This document shows, piece by piece, positions 45,370 through 54,381 of a stretch of DNA of 64,000 nucleotides. The notes below the pieces were generated by a model. That model was not told where the DNA came from and made no database searches. It saw nothing but the letters and a program-made list of their open reading frames with translations. Within the stretch, counting starts at the first letter, position 1; every line of letters begins with the position of its first letter. The position numbers and the translations under genes are program-made. This stretch comes from an uncultured Candidatus Peribacteria bacterium (GTDB lineage Bacteria; Patescibacteriota; Gracilibacteria; Peribacterales; Peribacteraceae), in NCBI GenBank assembly GCA_964513925.1, contig CAZENR010000009.1:476-64475 (forward strand), given 5' to 3'.

Positions 45370-47183
45370 CCGATGGAGCTGCTGATGCGGCGCTCCTTGA
45401 TGTCATCCACGGTCTTGGCGATGAACTCGGCACGAGACAAGACATCCTGCTTTTTCGTCAGCGTATTGCGCACGGCAGCGGTCTTCGCCTCCACCTCTTT
45501 GTCGCCGAGTACCACCACGTACGGAACCTTCATCTTCTCACTCTCACGCACGCGCTTACCGAGCGATTCATCGATGGCCAGATACTGGGTGCGAACGCCG
45601 TGTCTCTTCAACTCGTCTTCCAGTTCGTGCGCATAGGCCTCGTGCGGACCGGCAACAGGCACAATGGCCACCTGCACCGGAGACAGCCACAACGGGAAGT
45701 GTCCGGCAAACTGCTCGATGAGGAAGCCCATCAGACGTTCGTGCGTGGAAAGCGGCGCGCGGTGAATGCACAGCGGCACCTGCTCTTTCCCGTCTTTATC
45801 CACGTACTTCAGGCCCACTTTTCCAGGAACGTCGAAGTCCACCTGATTCGTCGCCAGAGTGAATTCGCGGCCGATTGCGCTCCAAATCTGTACATCGATT
45901 TTCGGGCCGTAGAACGCAGCCTCGTCGGGCACTTCCACAAAGTTCACGCCTTTCTTCTTCATGGCATCTCGCACCATTGCTTCCGTCTTTAGCCATAGCT
46001 CCGGCTTGTCGACGTATTTCTTGCCGAGTTGGGACTTCTCGTGGAGCGAAAGCCGCATGACGTACTTCTGAATATCGAAGAGCGCGAAGTACTTCAGATA
46101 CATGTCGATAACGGCATTGAATTCGTCTTGGAACTGCTCTTCAGTACAGTAGATGTGCGCGTCGTTCATGGTAAGCGAACGCACGCGCATAAGCCCGAAC
46201 AGCGCGCCGGAATCTTCGTAGCGGTAGCAATGCCCGTATTCGGCCAAACGGATGGGTAGGTCGCGGTAGCTGCGCGGCTGGCAGGCAAAGATTTGGTGGT
46301 GGTGCGGACAGTTCATCGGCTTCAAGTAGTACTCCTCTTCCTCGCCATCGAGCTTCATTGCCGGGAACATAGATGTCTTGTAGTGCGCGAGGTGGCCGGT
46401 TTGCGCATACAACTTGCCTTTGGCAATGTGCGGCGTGCGCACGCGGCTGTAGCCGCCGGCAGCCTCGGTCTCGCGGGCAAGGCGCTCCAACTCATCCACG
46501 ACAATGGTTCCGCGCGGAGTCCACAACGGCAACCCGGGGCCCACCATGTCGCTGAAGGTAAACAAATCCAACTCTTTACCGAGCTTGCGGTGGTCGCGGC
46601 GCTTGGCTTCTTCCAGTAATGCCAAGTGTTTCTGCAACTCCTCCTTACTCTCAAATGCAGCCACATACACGCGCGTCAGCTGCTCGCGGTTTTCGTCGCC
46701 GCGCCAATATGCACCAGCCAAACTCATGATCTTAAAACCATCTGCGGGAATCTGCTTAAAGTTCTCCACGTGTCCTCCACGGCACAAATCCACGAATGTC
46801 TCCTCGCCTTTTGGACCCAAGTTTGCATAGTGCGTCACCTCTTTCACGTTGTCTTTCTTTTCCAAGTCATCAATAAGCTCCACCTTGAAGCGCTGTCCGC
46901 GCTCGCGCCAGAACTTCTTGGCATCGGCAACCGAAAGCGTGTCGCAACGAAATGTTTGGCCCTGGTTGATGATCTTGCGCATCTCTTTCTCGATCTTGCC
47001 GAAATCGGCATCGGTGATTGGCTGCGCGAAAAGGAAGTCGTAGTAGCAACCGTTCTCCACCGGAGGACCGATGGTAACAAGCGTGCCCGGCCACAGCTTG
47101 AGCACAGCCTGAGCAAGGACGTGGGCAAGCGAATGACGTAATTTGTACAGGTCGTCGACGATTGGTTCTGCGGCGTGTGCCAT
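45366..47183 (-). CDS. thrS: threonine--tRNA ligase (no N-terminal TGS domain)
   Basis: 605 aa. Starts at the HSLAH editing-domain motif and continues through a class II catalytic core and anticodon-binding domain. Confidence 0.93.
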   Translation of the reverse strand: MAHAAEPIVDDLYKLRHSLAHVLAQAVLKLWPGTLVTIGPPVENGCYYDFLFAQPITDADFGKIEKEMRKIINQGQTFRCDTLSVADAKKFWRERGQRFKVELIDDLEKKDNVKEVTHYANLGPKGEETFVDLCRGGHVENFKQIPADGFKIMSLAGAYWRGDENREQLTRVYVAAFESKEELQKHLALLEEAKRRDHRKLGKELDLFTFSDMVGPGLPLWTPRGTIVVDELERLARETEAAGGYSRVRTPHIAKGKLYAQTGHLAHYKTSMFPAMKLDGEEEEYYLKPMNCPHHHQIFACQPRSYRDLPIRLAEYGHCYRYEDSGALFGLMRVRSLTMNDAHIYCTEEQFQDEFNAVIDMYLKYFALFDIQKYVMRLSLHEKSQLGKKYVDKPELWLKTEAMVRDAMKKKGVNFVEVPDEAAFYGPKIDVQIWSAIGREFTLATNQVDFDVPGKVGLKYVDKDGKEQVPLCIHRAPLSTHERLMGFLIEQFAGHFPLWLSPVQVAIVPVAGPHEAYAHELEDELKRHGVRTQYLAIDESLGKRVRESEKMKVPYVVVLGDKEVEAKTAAVRNTLTKKQDVLSRAEFIAKTVDDIKERRISSSIG

Positions 47184-47353
47184 GATGGAAAGGAGAATGA
47201 TGAGAGAGTAGCAGACGAAGTTGATAACGGCGAAGCTCCCCCGCTCCGTACGAGGAGGGAGGATGCGCGCTCTTGCTTACGTGCACGCTAGCACCCGCCC
47301 TCCAAGGAGGTCGTAGTGATCGTGGTAGTGGTGCAGAAGCGAATCACGGAGCC

Positions 47354-47382
47354 AGTATACGAAGGAACTGCTGTTTTGACAA
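47354..47382 (-). promoter_or_regulatory. thrS promoter TTGTCA-N17-TATACT
   Basis: Minus-strand -35 at 47377-47382 and -10 at 47354-47359. Implies a ~165-nt leader. Confidence 0.5.
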
Positions 47383-47400
47383 CGACAGGCAAGCTACCAA

Positions 47401-47460
47401 GACTCCATGATTCCTCAAAGCAAGATCGATGATCCGGAAGCCTTGGAGTCCAAGGAGTCA
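47401..47460. repeat. GGAWTCC-type array (4 GANTC cores)
   Basis: GACTCCATGATTCC...CCGGAAGCCTTGGAGTCCAAGGAGTCA, 30 nt after the dnaA stop. Confidence 0.7.
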
Positions 47461-47489
47461 GAAAGACGCTTTGCGGCTTTTGGGAGTCT

Positions 47490-48926
47490 CTACTTCCCCA
47501 ACCCCACTTCCCTCTCAATAGCGCGCACTTCGCGAAGCAGCTGTGCATCTTCCTGCATGCGCTTCTCTATCTTGTCCACCGCGTGCATGACCGTGGTGTG
47601 ATCGCGGTGACTGAACGATTCGCCTAAGCGCACATAGCTCATACGCAAGTAGCGCTTGGCCAGGAACATGACGATTTGGCGGGGCACCAATACCTCGCGC
47701 ACGCGAGATTGGCCGATCATATCCGGCACCGATACCGAATAGAACTTGCTTACGCCTTCCAGCACATCTTGGAACGACACAGCTTTTACCGCGGCGGGAA
47801 TAAAGCCTACATCGTCCTTCCTTGCCTGCTCTGCAGGATCGGTAATGAGCTTATGCATGATGTCCGAAATGCTGCCCACGGTGGGCATACGGTGCTCCAG
47901 TTCGTACTGCGCTACGGCCTGCATCAGAATGCCCTCCAGTTGGCGAACGTTCTTATCGGCATGCTCGGCAATGTAGCTCAGTACCTTGGCGTCGATGAAC
48001 AGTTCGTACTCCTTTGTTTTTTCGGCAAGGATTGCCAAGCGCGTCTCGTAGTCCGGCGCGCCGACGTCGGCGATCATTCCGCGCTCAAAGCGGGATACCA
48101 GACGATCTTGCAGGATGGACAATTCCTTAGGCGGACGATCGGAACTGATAATCACCTGCTTGCGCTCCTCGATGAGCGTGTTGAAGGTGTGAAACAACTC
48201 TTCCTGCGTGCGCTCCTTGTTGGCCAAAAACTGCACATCGTCGATGATGAATACATCCACCTCGCGGTAACGGCGGCGGAACTGTTCCATCTTCTGGTGC
48301 TGAATAGCCTCGATGACCTGGTTGGTAAAGTCCTCGGTGGTGGTGTAAATGATCGACGCGTTGGCCACCGTCTTTAAGATGGCGTTGCCAACCGCTTGCA
48401 ACAGGTGGGTCTTGCCAAGACCTACACCGCCGTACAGGAACAGGGGGTTGTACTTGCCGCCGGGCTGGTTGGCTACCGCCATGCATGCCGCATGCGCCAA
48501 GCGGTTATTTGGGCCGACTACAAAGTTTTCCAACGTGTATCGCGGGTTTAAGAGCTTGCTGGTCAGACCCTCCGCCAATTTAATTTCGGCGCGGTTGGGC
48601 AGCTTGCGCGGCTTCTTCTTCTCGGGGAAGTGCTCGAGGAGCTTCAGTGTGCGCTGCACGTCATCCTTCAGGCCTACATCCACCTGGTACACGATTTGCT
48701 CAATAGATTCATCGAGCTCCTTGAGCGCATTCAGCGTCATGACGCGGTAGTGCTCCAAGTGCCAGTTCAAGAACATGGGCAGCGGCAAGCCGACCACGAC
48801 GGTGTCCTTCTCCCGACCAAGGATGGTCGTGTCTTTAAACCAGGTGATGAACTGACTGCGTTGCAGCTGCGGCTCAATTTTGCGCAGTACTTCCAGCCAA
48901 AGGACGGTGTCGATAGATGAGGTCAT
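47490..48926 (-). CDS. dnaA: chromosomal replication initiator DnaA
   Basis: 478 aa. AAA+ motif GGVGLGKTHL and DnaA domain IV at the C-terminus. Confidence 0.96.
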   Translation of the reverse strand: MTSSIDTVLWLEVLRKIEPQLQRSQFITWFKDTTILGREKDTVVVGLPLPMFLNWHLEHYRVMTLNALKELDESIEQIVYQVDVGLKDDVQRTLKLLEHFPEKKKPRKLPNRAEIKLAEGLTSKLLNPRYTLENFVVGPNNRLAHAACMAVANQPGGKYNPLFLYGGVGLGKTHLLQAVGNAILKTVANASIIYTTTEDFTNQVIEAIQHQKMEQFRRRYREVDVFIIDDVQFLANKERTQEELFHTFNTLIEERKQVIISSDRPPKELSILQDRLVSRFERGMIADVGAPDYETRLAILAEKTKEYELFIDAKVLSYIAEHADKNVRQLEGILMQAVAQYELEHRMPTVGSISDIMHKLITDPAEQARKDDVGFIPAAVKAVSFQDVLEGVSKFYSVSVPDMIGQSRVREVLVPRQIVMFLAKRYLRMSYVRLGESFSHRDHTTVMHAVDKIEKRMQEDAQLLREVRAIEREVGLGK

Positions 48927-48934
48927 GAGACAGA

Positions 48935-48973
48935 TGAATCCGGAATCCTAGGAATCCTGGAACCTAGGGAATC
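48935..48973. repeat. GGAWTCC array (4 GAATC cores) between rseP stop and dnaA start
   Basis: TGAATCCGGAATCCTAGGAATCCTGGAACCTAGGGAATC. Confidence 0.8.
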
Positions 48974-50084
48974 AAAACAGATGGATAACGTCGTTAAAGG
49001 TGATGATCACAATGAGCCCGATGAGTAGGAAGAAGCCGACCGCGTTCACCATGAGCTCGAACTGTTGGTTGAGCGGGCGACGCAGCACCATTTCACACAG
49101 CACAAACAGAATGCGTCCGCCGTCGAGTGCCGGCAGCGGCAGCACGTTGAGAATAGCAAGACTAAGCGACAGCAGGGCCACCAAGCGCAAGTACGTCATG
49201 AAACCTTCCTGCACCGAACTGTGCGTGAGCACCGCAATACCGACAATGCCGGTAATCCCCTCGGGTACGTGACCTTGGGTCACCAAACTGCGTACCAAGT
49301 TTCCCATGCCGATCACCGTCTGCTCGGTCATGAACCTCGTCTCCTCCAGGGCCAGCATTACTGCTTTCCCAACCGAACGCTGCGGCGCGGAAAGCTCGGC
49401 GGCATAGGCTGAAATGGACACGCCGGATTTGCCGTCCTGCAGACGGATAACCACCTGCTCCACCGGCGCCTTGCGGGTGGGGCGAATGTCATACGTCACG
49501 GATGACTTTCCCTGCTGCAGCTCAATCAACTGCTCCGGCCTTTCCACGTACACACCATCCACCGCAACGATCACCGAGTCCTTGCGCATGCCCGCCTTCT
49601 CGGCCGGACTGCCGGCAAGCACGTCGTTTACGTACACGCCGGTCTTGAGCGTAATTTCCCCTGCCTGTGCCGCTGCCTCCATTTGCTCGATTGTCTGGTA
49701 GAAATTCGGCACCCAGCGACCAACGGAGAAGCCAAAGGTAAGTAAGACGAATGCGAGTACGAAGTTCATGGCAACGCCTCCAAACAGAATGACGAGCCGC
49801 GCGAAAATACTCGCCTTGGCAAAGCTGCCTGCCGAGTAGCGCTTTTCTAGGTCGACCTCGTTTTCCCCCTTCAGGCGGACGAATCCGCCGAACGGCACCC
49901 AGTTAAGGGTGAAGTTGGTCTTGCCGCTGCGGAAAAGTGTGGTTGCCTTGGGAGGCAGTCCGAAGCCGAATTCCTCGACCTCAACCTTAAAGAACAGGGC
50001 GGACAAGTAGTGACCCAATTCGTGAATGATGATGAGTAATGTCAGCAAGACGATAAACGCCAGTGCGGAGATGAGAATCGTCAT
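48972..50084 (-). CDS. rseP: RIP metalloprotease RseP (M50)
   Basis: IIHELGHYL zinc motif in TM1, PDZ-like middle region and C-terminal TM segments. Confidence 0.88.
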   Translation of the reverse strand: MTILISALAFIVLLTLLIIIHELGHYLSALFFKVEVEEFGFGLPPKATTLFRSGKTNFTLNWVPFGGFVRLKGENEVDLEKRYSAGSFAKASIFARLVILFGGVAMNFVLAFVLLTFGFSVGRWVPNFYQTIEQMEAAAQAGEITLKTGVYVNDVLAGSPAEKAGMRKDSVIVAVDGVYVERPEQLIELQQGKSSVTYDIRPTRKAPVEQVVIRLQDGKSGVSISAYAAELSAPQRSVGKAVMLALEETRFMTEQTVIGMGNLVRSLVTQGHVPEGITGIVGIAVLTHSSVQEGFMTYLRLVALLSLSLAILNVLPLPALDGGRILFVLCEMVLRRPLNQQFELMVNAVGFFLLIGLIVIITFNDVIHLF

Positions 50085-50140
50085 GCAAAACAGTCGGAAG
50101 GAAGCCTCGGAATTCCCGAGGGCGCGACCGTATCATGGGG

Positions 50141-50166
50141 TGTGGATATCTTCAAAGTTTTCCACA
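50141..50166. promoter_or_regulatory. convergent pair of DnaA-box-like 9-mers (TGTGGATAT / TTTTCCACA)
   Basis: Boxes at 50141-50149 and 50158-50166, upstream of rseP-dnaA. Confidence 0.35.
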
Positions 50167-50233
50167 TCACTTGGACTTGCACCGAAAGAACAGGTAGTTC
50201 GTGACAGCATTTTTATCTAGAATTCCACCTACG

Positions 50234-50779
50234 TTATTTTCGCTTTCTGCCCGAAAAAAGCAGCTCTTTGTACAGTCCGCAATACCTGCGAATAGCCTGT
50301 TGCCATCCGCACAATTCGTACGGCTCCTTTCCAGGCTTATGAAAAACAACGTGCGTGTCGCACGCGTTGTCCGGAGCAAGAATGACAGCCGTATGCACCA
50401 CGCTCACGCCACCGGGCTCGGCATTCACCAATTGGGCGCGAAACGGGTATTCGAATGCCGCACCGGCGCTCTCCAGCGTTAGCACTTCGCCGGCAGGCAT
50501 AACCGGGCCAATGGCCTGCAAACGGTCAACTTCTCCGAGTACATATGCGGCCGCCCCATGACAGTTGGCTCCGATACGCTGCCGCAGCTGGTCTGCGGCA
50601 TCATCGAGTAAATGCGCAATACGGCTGCCGGTTGGGTTGGACACTGGCGCGACCAGGCGACTGCCCTCGTCCACGACAACGCACTGGCTCAATCCATCTG
50701 GATAGAGCCTGTACGCCGCTTGCCGAAATGCAGAGGAGGAAGCGAGCATGTAAGGCTGGGTATTGTCGCACGCACGCAA
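50234..50779 (-). CDS. hypothetical protein (181 aa), possible Cys-His papain-like fold
   Basis: ANCHGAAAYVLG ... VSVVHTAVIL resembles an NlpC/P60-type Cys/His spacing. The support is weak. Confidence 0.4.
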   Translation of the reverse strand: MRACDNTQPYMLASSSAFRQAAYRLYPDGLSQCVVVDEGSRLVAPVSNPTGSRIAHLLDDAADQLRQRIGANCHGAAAYVLGEVDRLQAIGPVMPAGEVLTLESAGAAFEYPFRAQLVNAEPGGVSVVHTAVILAPDNACDTHVVFHKPGKEPYELCGWQQAIRRYCGLYKELLFSGRKRK

Positions 50780-50804
50780 AAGCAGTCAACCTGGGACTGC
50801 TGCA

Positions 50805-50833
50805 TTGACCACTCAGCCGATTATCCGTACTCT
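50805..50833 (+). promoter_or_regulatory. promoter TTGACC-N17-TACTCT for tRNA-Val(GAC)
   Basis: Hexamers at 50805-50810 and 50828-50833. Confidence 0.45.
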
Positions 50834-50844
50834 TTCCGGGCTGT

Positions 50845-50921
50845 GGGCAATTAGCTCAGCTGGCTAGAGCGTCACATTGACATTGTGAAGGTCACTGGTT
50901 CGAGTCCAGTATTGCCCACCA
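50845..50921 (+). tRNA. tRNA-Val (anticodon GAC), CCA encoded
   Basis: GGGCAAT/ATTGCCC acceptor, loop TTGACAT, T-arm ACTGGTTCGAGTCCAGT. Confidence 0.9.
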
Positions 50922-51132
50922 TCTGCTCTGTACACACATGCTCATCGCAGCATACTGCTGTTGTTCGTGCGCTTCAGAAGTCTTTCTGGGATAAAAGTTG
51001 CATGCGTAAAACACGTATGGCACATTTACACCTTGTTCTTTCATAAGCCACTTCTTCTTATCGAGAGCTTTGTGAGCTTTCGGCTGGGAGAAGAAAAGCG
51101 GCATTGGCAATCATGCATGAAAGGGGCTGGAC

Positions 51133-51471
51133 ATGAGACCAGATGAGAACGATCGTACTTGTGCCGAGCAGTGGATTCACACCCTCTTGCTCGAACACGC
51201 CTCGGATGTGCGGGAATCGGGTGTACTTGAATTCCTTACATCTGCTTCCAAAGCGGACTGGATGAATGGCGCATTAGAGGCAAAACGGATAGGGCTTTAC
51301 CTATTGCTAAAGGAGACTCGGGCCACTTTCGCGCCCGTAATGTACAAGATTAGGCGCGTACTCAAGGCAATGGGCGTTTGCACGCCCGTTATGCGTAAAC
51401 GTGAAGATTTTCTAGCATTTATCGATGCCGCGATTGAGGCGCTGGAGCAGCAGGTGCATGAATGCCTGTGA
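51133..51471 (+). CDS. hypothetical protein (112 aa)
   Basis: Intact ORF in a lower-GC stretch. Confidence 0.4.
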   Translation: MRPDENDRTCAEQWIHTLLLEHASDVRESGVLEFLTSASKADWMNGALEAKRIGLYLLLKETRATFAPVMYKIRRVLKAMGVCTPVMRKREDFLAFIDAAIEALEQQVHECL

Positions 51472-52037
51472 TCTCAGCCCTCCTTGCTCTCGCTACGACC
51501 CCAACCGCGCGAGTTGTTGGGGTCATTTTAGGAATCCGGCTCCAGAGCAAAGAGCTGTCACAGTGGATCTTCGGACTCACAATCTCAATTCGAGCGTGGT
51601 ACAGTATCGTTCATCGTTCTCCCCTTCCAACCATAGCCACCGCCATCTTCGTCAGTTTGCCCGTCAAAGACCCGCAGAAGTCGAAGGCGTTTTATGAAGC
51701 GCTGGGCTATAAAGTGAATCCAAATATGGGGGATGCATCCACAACGTGCATCATGATCAGCGACACGATTTCGGTCATGTTCGCCACGGAAGAAGTCTTC
51801 AAGACCATCTCGCCAAAACCGATGTCCGATGCGAAGAAGACGTGCCAAGTGCTGCTCAGTCTTACGTGCGACAGCCGCGAAGAGGTAGATGCGCTCGTGG
51901 CCAAGGCGGTCGCCGCCGGTGGTACCAAGGCGCACGAACCGGAAGACTACGGCTTCATGTACCAGTGCGGCTTCTATGACCCAGACGGGCACGGATGGGG
52001 ACTGACATGGATGAACCCGAACCACGCTGCTGCGTAA
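51462..52037 (+). CDS. VOC/glyoxalase-family protein with N-terminal extension
   Basis: C-terminal ~125 aa (IFVSLPVKDPQKSKAFYEALGY...DPDGHGWGLTWM) are VOC-like. No canonical start lies near the domain, so ATG 51462 was used. Confidence 0.6.
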   Translation: MPVISALLALATTPTARVVGVILGIRLQSKELSQWIFGLTISIRAWYSIVHRSPLPTIATAIFVSLPVKDPQKSKAFYEALGYKVNPNMGDASTTCIMISDTISVMFATEEVFKTISPKPMSDAKKTCQVLLSLTCDSREEVDALVAKAVAAGGTKAHEPEDYGFMYQCGFYDPDGHGWGLTWMNPNHAAA

Positions 52038-52044
52038 GACCTTC

Positions 52045-52995
52045 CTACCGCCTGCGCTGACTATTCCATCCGGCAAGCAAGCGTTCTTCGTGTGGAAGAA
52101 TTTCCGATTCCAAGCGGCGAGCCATGGGATCGTTTGGCCCGTTTGTTGCACGCAAGCGTTCCACGAGCGCCCGCAACCGAATAAGGGAACCGCTAAAGAC
52201 GGCGATTTCCTCTTCGGTAACATCGATCATGGCACCCGATGTGTTGCGAGTTTTCACGTGGCCTAACTCGTGATCTATGGCGACGCCAAGCTTCAGCGGA
52301 TCTGCCACCAACTTCTCTTCCAGCATCATCAAGTGCTTCATGGGCTCTCCCGCTCGCTTGGTCGAAAGCGTCATGGCATCCCCAGACCAGGTACGTAAAT
52401 CGACTCCCTTGCCCGCGCCCTTGCCTGCCCCCATACGCTCCAACGCAGCCTGGGCCGTGCCTCGTATATCCGGCGTAACCATGATGTCGATATCGGAAAT
52501 TCGATACGTCTCCGCCATGTCCGGGTGCTGCAATGCCAACTTCAATGCCTCCCCTATTTTGTCGTGCAAGGCATCGACCGCTTTTTGGTCTTCCGGAAGA
52601 TTCACGATGACGAATGTTTTCATCATGCCGGGTCGATCGAAATCAATCTTGCGAATGCCTGACTCACCATCTCTCTCCACGCGGCCTGCCTGACCCGATT
52701 GCGCCGGAGTGCCATGCAATACTCCCGAGAGTTTTGCAGCGGTCGCGGCGATGAGAGTACCAAGAAGCACAAGCTCGGTTCCCAGTCGCAGCCAAATCGT
52801 CCTGCGCAGGCGGTCGCGTTCGGCCAGTACATGCTGCTTCGGACTGCGGTTGCCCGCCTCCCTATTGGCAATGCTCTCACGCACTTGGGCCAAACGCTCC
52901 CGCTCGTCTGCGGCGGTGACCCAGCGTAGAATGTTGCGCATAGACATAGACAAGGAATGGAAATGGGCGCCGATGATACTGCGCTTCGTTGGCAT
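52045..52995 (-). CDS. single-TM protein with HExxH (HELGH) zincin-like motif
   Basis: AIDHELGHVKTR near the C-terminus; TM segment around residues 75-95. Confidence 0.45.
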   Translation of the reverse strand: MPTKRSIIGAHFHSLSMSMRNILRWVTAADERERLAQVRESIANREAGNRSPKQHVLAERDRLRRTIWLRLGTELVLLGTLIAATAAKLSGVLHGTPAQSGQAGRVERDGESGIRKIDFDRPGMMKTFVIVNLPEDQKAVDALHDKIGEALKLALQHPDMAETYRISDIDIMVTPDIRGTAQAALERMGAGKGAGKGVDLRTWSGDAMTLSTKRAGEPMKHLMMLEEKLVADPLKLGVAIDHELGHVKTRNTSGAMIDVTEEEIAVFSGSLIRLRALVERLRATNGPNDPMARRLESEILPHEERLLAGWNSQRRR

Positions 52996-53140
52996 GTCAA
53001 TTTCTGCGCATGCGCACCAGGGTTCCGACAGAAAGCAGAACCGATTTTCACTCTCTTGTTAGCCAAGAATCAGCATAAGGTGACGCAAGGATTTCTACAG
53101 AGGATCGCATTGGTGACATCGGCATGGTGCACTGCTTGCC

Positions 53141-53809
53141 ATGCATCTCCTCGCTTTCTTGCTAGACCTCTTCTTCCCCAGAAGATCGCTGACGGGCGAA
53201 GAGGGAATATGGGTTACTGCCGAGGAGCTGCAGGGCTTTCAGCTCTTTCCGTTCGTGCTGACCGATTGCGCGCTGCGCAGGAGAGGAATGGTCTCGCTGG
53301 ATCACATCGTGGCGGCCGGGAAATACGACTCCTCTCCCCTGTTTCAAAAAACGATACGGAACTTGAAGTACGGGCGAATCGATGCGCTGGCCGACATTCT
53401 CGCATCCATTATGCTCAAGTCATTGCCGGGCCTCCTGCCCGATTTCCGCGCCCAGGGCGAAGAAGCCCCCGTGGTGTGCGCGGTACCCCTGCATTGGACT
53501 CGGCGGTTTGCGCGCGGGTTCAACCAAAGCGAGTTACTGGCGCGCGGCATTGCACGCAAACAACGTTGGCATTGCGCACCGCTACTCAAGCGCATGCGCC
53601 CCACGGGTCACCAAGCCCACAGACCGCGCAAAGAGCGCCTGGTCGCTGTACGTAACGCTTTTTGCTACGTCGGGCCAAAGCCTGTGCCTAAGCGTGTGCT
53701 GCTGGTTGACGATGTGCTGACAACCGGTGCCACTCTGCAGGCGTGCGCCGAGGCGTTAAAACAGGCCGGAGTGCTGCGTGTAGAAGCCGTAGTCGCGGCC
53801 TACGACTAA
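53141..53809 (+). CDS. comF: ComF-family phosphoribosyltransferase
   Basis: PRTase motif VLLVDDVLTTGATL with ComF-like layout. Confidence 0.75.
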   Translation: MHLLAFLLDLFFPRRSLTGEEGIWVTAEELQGFQLFPFVLTDCALRRRGMVSLDHIVAAGKYDSSPLFQKTIRNLKYGRIDALADILASIMLKSLPGLLPDFRAQGEEAPVVCAVPLHWTRRFARGFNQSELLARGIARKQRWHCAPLLKRMRPTGHQAHRPRKERLVAVRNAFCYVGPKPVPKRVLLVDDVLTTGATLQACAEALKQAGVLRVEAVVAAYD

Positions 53810-53904
53810 TAGAAACGCATCAAACTACTTTCAATATTTTGCAACTATGACGGCGTGCCGAATTTCGTGTTTTCGTGTATAATAAACAGATTTCTCATAC
53901 ACAC

Positions 53905-54381
53905 ATGCAAAACGATATCAGACAACCCATTCTGGAATGGCAGGCACCGTCGCGCATCTCGCATGACCGTGGTCGCGGATGGTACGTAGGGGCCAGCGTG
54001 GTAACGCTAGGACTCATTGTCTACGGCATACTGAGCAGCTCATGGCTGTTTGCCATCACCATTGCCATTCTTGCAGGACTGTTCTTCTTGGTGCGCAACG
54101 AAGCACACCCCATTCACACCGTTCGTATCTTACAGCTGGGTTTTGAATTCGACGGCAAGCTTCGCCCATGGAACGAACTGAAGGAATTCTGGATGCTGTC
54201 CGGGCCAAAACATTGCGAGCTGCATGTGGAGCTGAAGAAAGGCTACATGCCGAATTTGGTGGTGCATACGGCAACCATGGACCCATTGCTTGTCCGCGAT
54301 GTCTTGCTGCAATTCCTCCCACAGAATCCGCACAAACGGGAGAGATTGCTTGACACCATTATCCGCATTTGTAAACTATAG
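53905..54381 (+). CDS. small two-TM membrane protein
   Basis: ATG 53905 lies downstream of TATAAT (53878-53883). Its stop TAG abuts the next ATG. Confidence 0.5.
   Translation: MQNDIRQPILEWQAPSRISHDRGRGWYVGASVVTLGLIVYGILSSSWLFAITIAILAGLFFLVRNEAHPIHTVRILQLGFEFDGKLRPWNELKEFWMLSGPKHCELHVELKKGYMPNLVVHTATMDPLLVRDVLLQFLPQNPHKRERLLDTIIRICKL

Noticed and set aside
47262-47310. Canonical T-box riboswitch for thrS
   Set aside because: Only a loose match (GGGCGGGTGCTAGCGTG) to the T-box sequence. There is no UGGN bulge, no clear specifier loop and no terminator U-tract.
47184-47489. oriC in the dnaA-thrS spacer
   Set aside because: No TTATCCACA-like boxes and no AT-rich unwinding element are present. 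The spacer is explained by a thrS promoter and leader plus a GGAWTCC array.
50892-51110. 72-aa ORF (-) next to tRNA-Val(GAC)
   Set aside because: It overlaps the tRNA 3' half and has no start context.
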